Shown: positions 24,210 to 32,878 of the stretch, piece after piece
How the letters are laid out: each line of letters starts with the position of its first letter
Numbering within the stretch: the first letter of the stretch is position 1
Origin: an uncultured Candidatus Saccharibacteria bacterium
GTDB taxonomy: Bacteria > Patescibacteriota > Minisyncoccia > 2-01-FULL-47-10 > JBBTYX01
Reading direction: 5' to 3'
DNA: 32,924 bases
Assembly: GCA_964436845.1 (NCBI GenBank)
Contig: CAYTEF010000003.1
Coordinates: forward strand, 1 to 32,924
Translations under genes and position numbers: made by a program
The notes under the pieces: model-generated
What the model saw: only the letters and a program-made list of their open reading frames with translations
Databases searched by the model: none
What the model was told of the DNA's origin: nothing

Positions 24210-25976
24210 TTATTCTTTTGTCACCCTCAATATTTCTTCAATACTTGTGATACCCTGTGCCGCTTTCATAAACCCGTCTTCAAGCATGGTAACCATACCT
24301 TCCTTTACCGCCTGTTTTTGGATATCGTCAGAGGAAGCTTGAGAGGTAATGAGCTTTTTTATTGTCTCGGAGACATAGAGTACCTCAAAGATGCCCAAAC
24401 GTCCTTTATACCCTTCAGGACAATCTTTAGTCTCTTTTGATTTATAGAACGTAATGTTTTCCCAGGAGGCATTTGACTGAACCACCTTTTTTTCCTTTAA
24501 TACGTCTAATATTCGTTTGATATCATATTGTTTTTGGAGTGAGGTAATTTGATCGGGAAGCAACGTATATTCCTCCCTTGCGTCCGGACAGAGTTTTCGC
24601 ACCAAGCGTTGGGCTACAATGACATTAGTGGTGGAAGAGACTAAAAAGGGTTCCACCTTCATGTCCAAGAGTCGTGGTAAGGCCCCAGCCGCAGAGTTCG
24701 TATGGAGGGTTGAGAGCACCAAATGACCGGTTAGTGCCGCGTTAATGGCTAATGATGCGGTTTCGTTATCGCGAATTTCTCCCACCATAATGATGTCAGG
24801 GTCCTGGCGCACAAGCGAGCGAAGTCCTGCGGCAAAGGTGAGCCCGATTTGCGGTTTTACCTGTGTCTGATTGATGCGCGGCATGCGGTATTCAATGGGG
24901 TCTTCAATGGTGGCGATATTAACATCTTTAGTATTTAAAATATCCATAATCGCATAGAGGGTCGTGGTTTTCCCTGATCCCGTAGGTCCGGTTACAAGGG
25001 TCATGCCGTTTGGCTTTTGAATGTTTCGGTGCAGTATTTCAAGTGGTTCTCCTCCTAAACCAAGCGATTCAAGCGTGAGCCCTACCACTTCCTCATGCAA
25101 AAGCCGCATCACCACTTTTTCTCCGTCCAAAACCGGAATGATTGATACCCGAATGGAAAACTTAAATTCGTCGCCCTCTACCTTAAAACGTCCATCCTGC
25201 GGAAGGCGGTGTTCGTCAAGTTTCAAGTTCGCAAGGACTTTAATGCGGGCTATCATGGCAGGATAGACTTGCCGCGGAAGCGTCATGACGTCATGCAAAA
25301 TACCGTCTATGCGATAGCGTACCACCACCGCTTGCTCGGCCGGTTCTATATGAATGTCAGAGGCACCCTGCACCATCGCATGGCGCAAAAGACTATCCAC
25401 CACTTGAATGATAGGCAGTTTTTCCGCGATTTCTTTTAAGTCTTTTACCGAGATTTCTCCCTTTCCCTCGACGACGACTTTAAGTGATTCAACTTTTGAT
25501 TCTTTTGAGGCTTTTGTTACAAGCTGGGCAAATTCTTCCTGGAGAGACTCTTCATATTGACGCAATACGCTCTCAAGAGATGCTTTGCTCGTGAGGCGGG
25601 GAAGGATCTCTAATCCCGTCTTCTTTTTAATAAAGTCAATCGTTTGCAAATTGTCTGGCTCAAGCATTGCCACTTCCAGGGAATCACCGTGTTTGCGATA
25701 AGCGACAATGTTAAGCGACTTTGCTGACTCTTCCGGAATAAGTTTTAATGTATCAGGGTCAATGATAGTCCGCTCCAAATTAATAAAGGGAACACCGCCT
25801 AAGTGCCCCTTTATCTGTAAAAGATTTGTTTCGGTTATTATGCCTTTTTGTAGCAACAGTTCTTCAATTTTTCCCTGGTCATCGCCTGCTTCTTTTTGAA
25901 TATCCTTGAATGCTTTAAGGGTGATGGATCCCGTATCCAAAAGGAAATTTTTAAATTTGTCCGAATCAATGCGCAT
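24210..25976 (-). CDS. pilB: Type IV pilus assembly ATPase PilB (GspE family)
   Basis: 588 aa with an N-terminal GspE-N/MshEN-type domain, Walker A GPTGSGKTTT, and Asp and His boxes. Confidence 0.9.
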   Translation of the reverse strand: MRIDSDKFKNFLLDTGSITLKAFKDIQKEAGDDQGKIEELLLQKGIITETNLLQIKGHLGGVPFINLERTIIDPDTLKLIPEESAKSLNIVAYRKHGDSLEVAMLEPDNLQTIDFIKKKTGLEILPRLTSKASLESVLRQYEESLQEEFAQLVTKASKESKVESLKVVVEGKGEISVKDLKEIAEKLPIIQVVDSLLRHAMVQGASDIHIEPAEQAVVVRYRIDGILHDVMTLPRQVYPAMIARIKVLANLKLDEHRLPQDGRFKVEGDEFKFSIRVSIIPVLDGEKVVMRLLHEEVVGLTLESLGLGGEPLEILHRNIQKPNGMTLVTGPTGSGKTTTLYAIMDILNTKDVNIATIEDPIEYRMPRINQTQVKPQIGLTFAAGLRSLVRQDPDIIMVGEIRDNETASLAINAALTGHLVLSTLHTNSAAGALPRLLDMKVEPFLVSSTTNVIVAQRLVRKLCPDAREEYTLLPDQITSLQKQYDIKRILDVLKEKKVVQSNASWENITFYKSKETKDCPEGYKGRLGIFEVLYVSETIKKLITSQASSDDIQKQAVKEGMVTMLEDGFMKAAQGITSIEEILRVTKE

Positions 25977-25984
25977 AAAATAAT

Positions 25985-28900
25985 TTAGCTAAGGATTTTG
26001 ATTCTTCTACAAATAAGTTGCAACGCACCCTGGCGCAGTTCTACTTTTCCCTGAATAATCGCTATTGCCCCCTCCTTAAGCTCATGAGTCATCTCTTTAA
26101 TTATACTAGGAAAAATGGTAACTTCAAGAGTTTTAGTAAAATCCTTTACCTTCATGAAGATCATGGGATCTCCACTTTTCGTCGTAATCTTTTTTATAGC
26201 TTCAATCGTGCCCCCAATCATTACCTCTCTATTGGCGAGGCTATCGGTAATCTTTTCCGCCGGTATAAGTTTCTTTTCAAAGAGTTTGCGATACTTTTCT
26301 AAAGGATTCCCCGAAATATAGAGGCCCAAAAGTTCCCGTTCCCAGGCAAGCCGTTCCTGCTCTGATACGGGAGGGAAGTCGCGCAGCGCCAAGCGCGGTC
26401 GGTGGTTTCCGGCAAAGAGGGAGCCCTGTAAGGAGTTAGTAAGCGTCCTGGCTTCCTGGCCAAACTTTAAGATAGTCTCAAGATTTTCCAAGAGCACTTT
26501 TCTATCATGGAGCGCGTCAAGGGCGCCGCTTTTAATGAGCGCCTCCAGTACCTTTTTATTGAGCGACGAATGGCCGCTGCGCTCAATAAGATTTTCAATG
26601 GAGTTGAAGGGCCCGTGTTTTTTTCGCTCCTCAATAATGGCGATAACCACCGGCTCGCCGACATTTTTAATTGCTTTAAGGCCGAAACGAATACGTTTTT
26701 CCCCCACAGGCGTAAAATCAACGAAGCTTTCGTTAATGTCGGGCGGGAGCACTTTAAGGCCAATAGTCTTTGCTTCTTCAATAAAAAATGCCAACCGCTC
26801 AATGTCTCCCTGTCTTGAGTTTAAAAGCGCGGTCATGAATTCTAACGGATAGTTTGCCTTAAGGTATGCCGTTTGGTAGGCGATAAGGGCGTAGCCGGAG
26901 GAGTGGGACTTATTAAATCCATAGCGGGCAAAAGGTTCAATCAATTCCCATGTTTTTTGGGCGATGCTGGGGGAAATCTTATTACGAATACAGCCTTGGA
27001 TAAATTTCTCTTTTTGTTCATCTAGAAGCGTTTTAATCTTTTTCCCTACGGCTTTAATCAAGAGATATCCTTCCCCCTTGGTGAGGCCGGCAAATTCCGT
27101 TGCCATGTCCATCACCTGCTCCTGATAGACAATAATGCCATAGGTACTTCCAAGCGCGCGCTTCATGATAGGATGAATATAAGAGATTGGCTCTTTGCCG
27201 TGCTTGCGTCGAATATAGCTGGGGATAAGTTCCATGGGCCCGGGCCGATAGAGCGCGCACATAGCTATAATGTCCTCCAATTCGGTGGGCCTTAAGTCCT
27301 TTAAATACCGTTTAATCCCTTCTGATTCCAATTGGAATACTCCGGTGGTTTGGGCTTCTTGCAATAAATTGAAAACCTTCTTATCATTCAAGGGGATAGC
27401 GTCAATGTTAATGTCTTCTCCTTTATTTTCTTTTATAATAGCAAGCGTATTCTCAATGATCGTTAAATTTTTTAGTCCGAGAAAATCCATTTTCAAAAGG
27501 CCTAAATCTTCTACCGAATGCATCTCGTATTGAGTAATGATGGTTCTATCATCTTGGGACGCATACTGGAGCGGGAGGTAATGGGTTAAGGCCTTTGGAG
27601 CTATCACCACGCCGCAGGCGTGGGTTGAAGCGTGGCGTGCTACCCCTTCAAGCTTTCGGGAAAGATTAATTACTTCGCGTACCTTGGGGTCAATATCATA
27701 CATTTTTCTAAAATCTGAAACTTCTTCCAATGTCTTTTGAAGCGAGTATCCAAAGGGAATAAGTTTGGCAATCCTGTCGCAAAAGGCATAAGGATAGCTT
27801 AAAGTGCGTCCTACGTCGCGCACGCCGCCCCGAGAGGCAAGGGTTCCAAAGGTGATGATTTGCGCGACATGATCCCTGCCGTAGCGCTCTTTGGCATAGG
27901 CAATGACTTCGTCCCGCCTTGTGTCGGCAAAGTCAATGTCAATATCCGGAGCACTTACGCGGTCCGGATTTAAAAATCGTTCAAAGAGAAGGCCGTAGGC
28001 AAGGGGATCAATATTAGTAATATTTAAGACGTAAGAGACAAGCGATCCCGCTGCCGATCCTCTTCCCGGACCAACGACAATGCCTCCTTTCTTTGCCCAG
28101 TTGACGATATCGGAAACGATGAGAAAGTACGAGGCATAGCCGGTTTTCTTAATAACGGAAAGTTCGTAATTGAGGCGTTTTGTTATTTCCTCGCTTTGTT
28201 TCCCATAGCGCCATATTGTTCCTTTCATACAGAGTGCTCGCAGTTCTTCGTTTGCATCTTTACCTTTTTCTAAAGGGAATTCCGGGAGCTTCAGAACACC
28301 TAATTCAATATCAAGATTGCAAAGCTCGCTAATCCGCTTCGTGTTCTCAATCGCTTCAGGAATGTTTTTAAAACGCTCCTCCATTGTTTTTTGGGAAGCA
28401 AAGGAGAGGTCGCATGCTTTCATGGAAAGCCGGGCGTCATCGGAAAGTTCTTTATTTGTGTTAATGGCAACCAAAACCTCCTGCGCGTGCTGATCGTCTG
28501 GCGAGAGGTAGTGCAGGTCGGCAGTGGCAACAAGGGGAATCTTAAGGGAATGAGAGATTTCTTGCAGGGCGGCATTTACTTTTTCCTGATCGGGTAGTTT
28601 GGGATGGTGTTGGAGCTCAAGATAAAAATTTCCCTTCCCGAAAATGTCCTGGTATTCCTGGGCCAATTTTATTGCTCCTTCTTTTTTACCGTGCAAAATC
28701 GTATGCGAGATCTCGCCGTTTAAGCAGGCGGAAAGGCCGATGAGTCCCTTCGCGTGTTTTTTTAGGAGATTTTTATCAATGCGGGGTTTATAGTAATATC
28801 CCTCAAGATGGGCTTTAGTGCTAAGGGAAATAAGGTTTCTATACCCTTCTTCGTTTTTTGCAAGCAAAATCACGTGCCGCCGCACCTTATCCTCGGGGCG

Positions 28901-29134
28901 CGTTTTGCTATCATACCCGTAGGGGGCGATGTATGCTTCCTGGCCAATAATGGGTTTTATGCCTGCCGCTTTTGCTTTCTTATAAAATTCAATTGCCCCA
29001 TACATAACTCCATGATCGGTGAGGGCTAGAGCGTCCATGCCGTTTCTCTTTGCGGCCTCAACAAGCCCGTCAATCTTTGGCAAGCCGTCTAAGAGGGAAT
29101 AATGCGAATGTACGTGGAGATGGGTAAATTTCAT
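25985..29134 (-). CDS. dnaE: DNA polymerase III alpha subunit
   Basis: 1049 aa with PHP domain HLHVHSHYSLLDG and the polymerase core. No intein-sized insert. Confidence 0.95.
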   Translation of the reverse strand: MKFTHLHVHSHYSLLDGLPKIDGLVEAAKRNGMDALALTDHGVMYGAIEFYKKAKAAGIKPIIGQEAYIAPYGYDSKTRPEDKVRRHVILLAKNEEGYRNLISLSTKAHLEGYYYKPRIDKNLLKKHAKGLIGLSACLNGEISHTILHGKKEGAIKLAQEYQDIFGKGNFYLELQHHPKLPDQEKVNAALQEISHSLKIPLVATADLHYLSPDDQHAQEVLVAINTNKELSDDARLSMKACDLSFASQKTMEERFKNIPEAIENTKRISELCNLDIELGVLKLPEFPLEKGKDANEELRALCMKGTIWRYGKQSEEITKRLNYELSVIKKTGYASYFLIVSDIVNWAKKGGIVVGPGRGSAAGSLVSYVLNITNIDPLAYGLLFERFLNPDRVSAPDIDIDFADTRRDEVIAYAKERYGRDHVAQIITFGTLASRGGVRDVGRTLSYPYAFCDRIAKLIPFGYSLQKTLEEVSDFRKMYDIDPKVREVINLSRKLEGVARHASTHACGVVIAPKALTHYLPLQYASQDDRTIITQYEMHSVEDLGLLKMDFLGLKNLTIIENTLAIIKENKGEDINIDAIPLNDKKVFNLLQEAQTTGVFQLESEGIKRYLKDLRPTELEDIIAMCALYRPGPMELIPSYIRRKHGKEPISYIHPIMKRALGSTYGIIVYQEQVMDMATEFAGLTKGEGYLLIKAVGKKIKTLLDEQKEKFIQGCIRNKISPSIAQKTWELIEPFARYGFNKSHSSGYALIAYQTAYLKANYPLEFMTALLNSRQGDIERLAFFIEEAKTIGLKVLPPDINESFVDFTPVGEKRIRFGLKAIKNVGEPVVIAIIEERKKHGPFNSIENLIERSGHSSLNKKVLEALIKSGALDALHDRKVLLENLETILKFGQEARTLTNSLQGSLFAGNHRPRLALRDFPPVSEQERLAWERELLGLYISGNPLEKYRKLFEKKLIPAEKITDSLANREVMIGGTIEAIKKITTKSGDPMIFMKVKDFTKTLEVTIFPSIIKEMTHELKEGAIAIIQGKVELRQGALQLICRRIKILS

Positions 29135-29176
29135 AGAGACACTCTATTGTATCAGATAAAAATGAGAAGGAAACCA

Positions 29177-29205
29177 TTGACTTTTTCCCGTAATCATTGT
29201 ATTAA
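29177..29205 (+). promoter_or_regulatory. Promoter for the 29257 ORF
   Basis: TTGACT, 17 nt, TATTAA. AAGGAG lies 6 nt before ATG 29257. Confidence 0.5.
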
Positions 29206-29256
29206 CTCTCCAAAGGTTTTCGGGACGCGAGCCCGTGCCTTAGTAAGGAGAAGCGA

Positions 29257-29622
29257 ATGTTCTTTAAGAATTTTTCATGGGGTTTCATTTTTATTCTTTC
29301 CTGGGTTATCATTGGGGTAGCTTCATTTCTCTTGTACCGATTAACCGCTCCCGAATATCCTTTCTACTTTGAGTATCACATGATATCTCAAAATGAGGTA
29401 ACCCTTACCCCTGTTAAGATTTTGGAGTGGGGGTATGAAGAGGGAGCTTCGGATGTATTTGGCCTAAGATCATTGGGTACCAATTTGGGTTGTTCATCTT
29501 TTAACAATGCACAGTTGCCTTTGGGAACGAGTGGATGCATCATCATTCCAAGGAATGGAGACTGCATTATTGATCCTGGCGTAACCTGCTGGGATAGTAA
29601 ATACACAGAAGCAACGGAATAG
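29257..29622 (+). CDS. Small secreted or membrane-anchored Cys-rich hypothetical protein
   Basis: 121 aa with an N-terminal hydrophobic anchor, five Cys in the C-terminal half, and a good SD. Confidence 0.6.
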   Translation: MFFKNFSWGFIFILSWVIIGVASFLLYRLTAPEYPFYFEYHMISQNEVTLTPVKILEWGYEEGASDVFGLRSLGTNLGCSSFNNAQLPLGTSGCIIIPRNGDCIIDPGVTCWDSKYTEATE

Positions 29623-29653
29623 AGGGCAAAAGTGACGATTTATCCTCTATTTT

Positions 29654-29676
29654 AAAAAGGGGGAGTATAATCCCCC
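29654..29676 (-). terminator. Minus-strand intrinsic terminator with no upstream protein gene
   Basis: Stem ggggga/tccccc (29659..29676), followed on the minus strand by TTTTT (29654..29658). Confidence 0.45.
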
Positions 29677-29756
29677 AAAATTTGGACACGGGGGGTTTCA
29701 ATTATAGGCGAAAGGGGAGCGTGCGATGCATGCTCCCCCAAATTCTTTAGAGGGGC

Positions 29757-29784
29757 TTGCAAAATATAAGAAAGTGCGTATAAT
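29757..29784 (+). promoter_or_regulatory. Promoter for rpmF-nusB-rnc-rpsP
   Basis: TTGCAA, 16 nt, TATAAT, about 60 nt upstream of the rpmF GTG. Confidence 0.55.
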
Positions 29785-29844
29785 AAGGCAAGTGGAAGAT
29801 ACACGATTGTTTTTCATTTTTCGCTTTTAGTTTTAAGTTTTTTT

Positions 29845-30150
29845 GTGCCCGTACCAAAACAGAAAACCTCGCGAAAGCGTCGAGGAGACAGGAGAAAGCA
29901 TTTAGCATTAAAGCCCATGTCATTTGCGGTTTGTTCAAACTGCCAGGCGCGCGTAGTGCCCCATCATGTGTGTCCGGATTGCGGTTATTATCGGGGCAGG
30001 CAGGTAGTAACAATTGAAGATGTTAAGGAGCGAAAGAAGGAAAAAAAGCCGGCAAAGGCAGGGAAGAAGGAGCCTCCTAGGGCAAGTAAAGAAGAATCCG
30101 CACCTTCTGAAGCACCGTTGAGCGTGGAAGGACTCTCCAAGAAAAAGTAA
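29845..30150 (+). CDS. rpmF: Ribosomal protein L32 with a long Lys/Glu-rich C-terminal extension
   Basis: GTG start. MPVPKQKTSRKRRGDRRKH and a zinc ribbon (CSNC...CPDC). 101 aa, against about 57-60 aa for typical bacterial L32. Confidence 0.9.
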   Translation: MPVPKQKTSRKRRGDRRKHLALKPMSFAVCSNCQARVVPHHVCPDCGYYRGRQVVTIEDVKERKKEKKPAKAGKKEPPRASKEESAPSEAPLSVEGLSKKK

Positions 30151-30171
30151 CCTAATTCACTATTTACCATT

Positions 30172-30681
30172 ATGTCTTCAAGACATTTAGCTCGTTCCTT
30201 AGCAATGCAAAGTCTCTACGAATGGGACTTTTACCATACCCTCTACTCCAAAGAGGAATTGGAAGGCGTGAAGAACGAGGGGCATAGTATTGACTTGCCT
30301 GACATAGTTGACAAAAATATAAAGGCAGTGAACGCCGGGAAGCTTGACCGCTCCTTTCTCTCCACCCTTATAAAGGGGGTTGAGGAAAAGGTGGACTATT
30401 TAAATGATGTGATAACCAAAGCGGCACCTAAATGGCCCATTCCACAGATTACGCTCGTTGATAGAAACGTGTTGCGCGTAGGCATTTATGAACTTCTCTT
30501 TTCCGATCCTAAAGAGGTACCTCCCAAGGTGGCGATTAATGAGGCGATTGAAATTGCGAAGAAATTCGGCGGTCCGTCATCGGGAAGATTTGTAAATGGG
30601 GTATTGGGAACGATTTATAAAGAGATGGGCGAGCCTGGAAAAGATGATACGGGTAAAAACGAAAAAAAAGAAAATAAGTAG
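30172..30681 (+). CDS. nusB: Transcription antitermination factor NusB
   Basis: [18 protein letters not shown] and [13 protein letters not shown] are typical NusB patterns. Confidence 0.85.
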   Translation: MSSRHLARSLAMQSLYEWDFYHTLYSKEELEGVKNEGHSIDLPDIVDKNIKAVNAGKLDRSFLSTLIKGVEEKVDYLNDVITKAAPKWPIPQITLVDRNVLRVGIYELLFSDPKEVPPKVAINEAIEIAKKFGGPSSGRFVNGVLGTIYKEMGEPGKDDTGKNEKKENK

Positions 30682-30692
30682 TGTAAAATTCA

Positions 30693-30733
30693 AAATCCGA
30701 AATACGAAATTTCGCATTTCGCCATTCGGATTT
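30693..30733 (+). promoter_or_regulatory. 15-bp interrupted hairpin in the rnc leader
   Basis: Outer stem 30693..30701/30725..30733 (9 bp); inner stem 30705..30710/30716..30721 (6 bp). It ends 7 nt before the rnc SD. Confidence 0.6.
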
Positions 30734-30749
30734 GGGATTTAGGAGAAAA

Positions 30750-31439
30750 ATGTCCCAGATTGAGGAAATTGAAAACCATATCAGCGTATCGTTCAAGAAT
30801 AAGGATTTACTCACACAGGCATTAATGCATCGCTCGTTCGTGGTGGAAAATCGCTTGGGCGATTTGGCATCCAACGAACGGCTTGAATTTCTTGGCGACG
30901 CGGTGTTGGAATTAGTCATTACCGATTATCTCTATCAGTCCTTCCCTGATAAGCCCGAGGGAATACTTACCCAGCTTCGCTCGGTGATTGTGAATACCAA
31001 GACACTTGCCCAATCCCTGCGAAAGCTTAACTTTGGCGAATATATCTTCCTCTCGCGCGGGGAGAAAATCTCGGGCGGAGCGGAAAAAGAGCGCATCTTG
31101 GCAAACATTCTTGAAGCCATTATCGGCGCGTTATACCTTGATCAGGGATACGAGAAGGCAAAAGAATTTATTGAAAGAGCTATTTTGAGCAACGCCTCAA
31201 AACTCGTTGCGTCAAGTAGTGAGTATAACCCCAAGGGCATTTTGCAGGAAGCCATTCAGGCATCAAAACGCGTTACTCCTGAATATAAAATTCTGGAAGA
31301 ATCAGGGCCTGATCATAGTAAAGTATTCGTCGCGGGCGCCTTCCTTGAGGGGAAAAAGATAGGCGAAGGAAGGGGCGTTTCTAAAAAGGAAGCAGAAGAG
31401 GAAGCCGCGAGAGACGCGCTTAATCATGTTAAAAAATAA
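30750..31439 (+). CDS. rnc: Ribonuclease III
   Basis: Signature NERLEFLGDAVLE and a C-terminal dsRBD (SGPDHSKVF...KKEAEEEAA). AGGAG lies 4 nt before ATG 30750; the ORF-track start 30732 is TTG. Confidence 0.9.
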   Translation: MSQIEEIENHISVSFKNKDLLTQALMHRSFVVENRLGDLASNERLEFLGDAVLELVITDYLYQSFPDKPEGILTQLRSVIVNTKTLAQSLRKLNFGEYIFLSRGEKISGGAEKERILANILEAIIGALYLDQGYEKAKEFIERAILSNASKLVASSSEYNPKGILQEAIQASKRVTPEYKILEESGPDHSKVFVAGAFLEGKKIGEGRGVSKKEAEEEAARDALNHVKK

Positions 31440-31442
31440 TCT

Positions 31443-31745
31443 ATGGTAAAACTACGACTCATTCGTACCGGCCGGCGCAACGATCCGCATTTCCGGATTG
31501 TGGCGCAGGATGAACGGCGCGCGCCCAAGGGCGCCTATTTAGAGCTTTTAGGAAGCTGGTCACCGGTGCAAAAGCAAAAGATATTATATAAAGAAAAAAT
31601 CCTCCATTGGATTTCCAATGGCGCGAAGCCCACCGACACCGTCTGGAACATGCTGGTTTCCGAAGGAATTGTTCAGGGCAAAAAAATACCCGTGCACGCA
31701 AAAGCAAAAAAGAAAGGGGGAGAGGAAGCGAAAAAAGAAGAGTAG
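31443..31745 (+). CDS. rpsP: Ribosomal protein S16
   Basis: MVKLRLIRTGRRNDPHFRIV is the canonical S16 N-terminus. Confidence 0.9.
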   Translation: MVKLRLIRTGRRNDPHFRIVAQDERRAPKGAYLELLGSWSPVQKQKILYKEKILHWISNGAKPTDTVWNMLVSEGIVQGKKIPVHAKAKKKGGEEAKKEE

Positions 31746-31793
31746 CTTTTCTTGGAAGAAAAAACGAGCGTGAACTTTCAAATAGTATTGTAT

Positions 31794-32087
31794 ATGCAAA
31801 ACAATATTCCCCACGAGCTTCAGGGGGTATTATGGTCAAAAGAGCTTTCCCATATTGATTTAGAACAGGATAAGGTGTATGTGATACACCAGATATTAAG
31901 TTACGGGAATTTGAGCCACATTAAATGGCTTTTTTCGGTTTATGGGAGAAAAGGCGTACAAGAGGTATTCTTGTCAGCTCCGAAGAAACTCTATGAGCGG
32001 CATGTCTTTTATTTTATCAAAGATATCATTCTTTCCCTTGGGGCAAAGCCCCTTAACGAATCGCTCTATGTCAAATCTTCATCCTGA
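31794..32087 (+). CDS. Small partner protein of the AbiEii-type nucleotidyltransferase (putative antitoxin)
   Basis: 97 aa from ATG 31794. The pattern LWSKELSHIDLEQDKVYVIHQILSYGNLSHIKWL resembles small proteins I recall preceding AbiEii/DUF1814 genes. Overlaps the next ORF by 20 nt. Confidence 0.5.
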   Translation: MQNNIPHELQGVLWSKELSHIDLEQDKVYVIHQILSYGNLSHIKWLFSVYGRKGVQEVFLSAPKKLYERHVFYFIKDIILSLGAKPLNESLYVKSSS

Positions 32088-32691
32088 AATTTTTTCCGAA
32101 TACCAAAAGACTACATGGGGCCTGCTGGACAAGTTTTTTTCTTATGGTCTGCTTGCCGGAGGCACCGCGCTGGCGCTTCAGCTTGCGCATCGCAAGTCTT
32201 ATGATTTTGATTTTTTTAGCGCAAAAGAAATAGCGCCTTCGCTCAAAAATCACGTTCAGGAAGGGTTGGGCATTAAGGAAGTTTTGGTAGATACCGGTGA
32301 TGAATTAAGTGTGGTATCCTCGCTTGGCATTAAAATAAGCTTTATTGCGTATCCGTTTTCACTTTTGTATCCGCCGGTTTCTTATGGAAAAGCCCAGCTT
32401 AGCGATTGGCGGGATATTGCCGCGGATAAAGCTTACACCATAGGCCGACGAGGCGAGTGGCGCGATTACGTGGATATATATTGTTCTGTCAAAGCCGGCC
32501 ACAGATTGCCTGCAATTATACTTGACGCAAGTAAAAAATTTGGCGGGGCATTTTCCGAAAAGCTGCTGTTAAGCCAGCTTTACTATATGGGCGATCTCAA
32601 AGATTTCTCCGTTGAATTATTGGGCGATCAACTCACGCCCGAAGATATTAAAACATTCTTTGCGCGGGAAGTGCAAAAAATTTCTTTCTAG
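32068..32691 (+). CDS. Nucleotidyltransferase, AbiEii/AbiGii toxin family-like
   Basis: From ATG 32068 (MSNLHPEIF...). GGTALALQLAHRKSYDFDFF fits the pol-beta NTase signature G[GS]-x9-13-DhDh. Confidence 0.7.
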   Translation: MSNLHPEIFSEYQKTTWGLLDKFFSYGLLAGGTALALQLAHRKSYDFDFFSAKEIAPSLKNHVQEGLGIKEVLVDTGDELSVVSSLGIKISFIAYPFSLLYPPVSYGKAQLSDWRDIAADKAYTIGRRGEWRDYVDIYCSVKAGHRLPAIILDASKKFGGAFSEKLLLSQLYYMGDLKDFSVELLGDQLTPEDIKTFFAREVQKISF

Positions 32692-32707
32692 ATAACCCTT
32701 AAAAAGC

Positions 32708-32729
32708 AAGAGCCATCGAGGCTTTTTTT
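32708..32729 (+). terminator. Weak terminator after the NTase gene
   Basis: Stem aagagcc/ggctttt with loop atcga, running into a T7 tract. Confidence 0.45.
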
Positions 32730-32744
32730 GTTTACTGAAAATAC

Positions 32745-32773
32745 TTGACAAAAATATAAAAACATGCTATTAT
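32745..32773 (+). promoter_or_regulatory. Consensus-like promoter P1
   Basis: TTGACA, 17 nt, TATTAT. Confidence 0.55.
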
Positions 32774-32825
32774 TTATCTCTACAATCAAGATAGCTTCTC
32801 GGTAAGGAAAATCCGGTAAAAAGTA

Positions 32826-32853
32826 TTGACAAATTCTGTAAAGGGTGTATAAT
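32826..32853 (+). promoter_or_regulatory. Consensus promoter P2
   Basis: TTGACA, 16 nt, TATAAT. Confidence 0.6.
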
Positions 32854-32878
32854 AGTAATATAATCAAAATCCTAAATT

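Noticed and set aside
31752-31793. TTG-initiated extension of the small partner ORF upstream of the NTase gene
   Set aside because: The TTG sits 4 nt after the rpsP stop codon (7 nt after its last sense codon) and has no SD. ATG 31794 gives a product that begins just before the conserved region. The choice remains uncertain.
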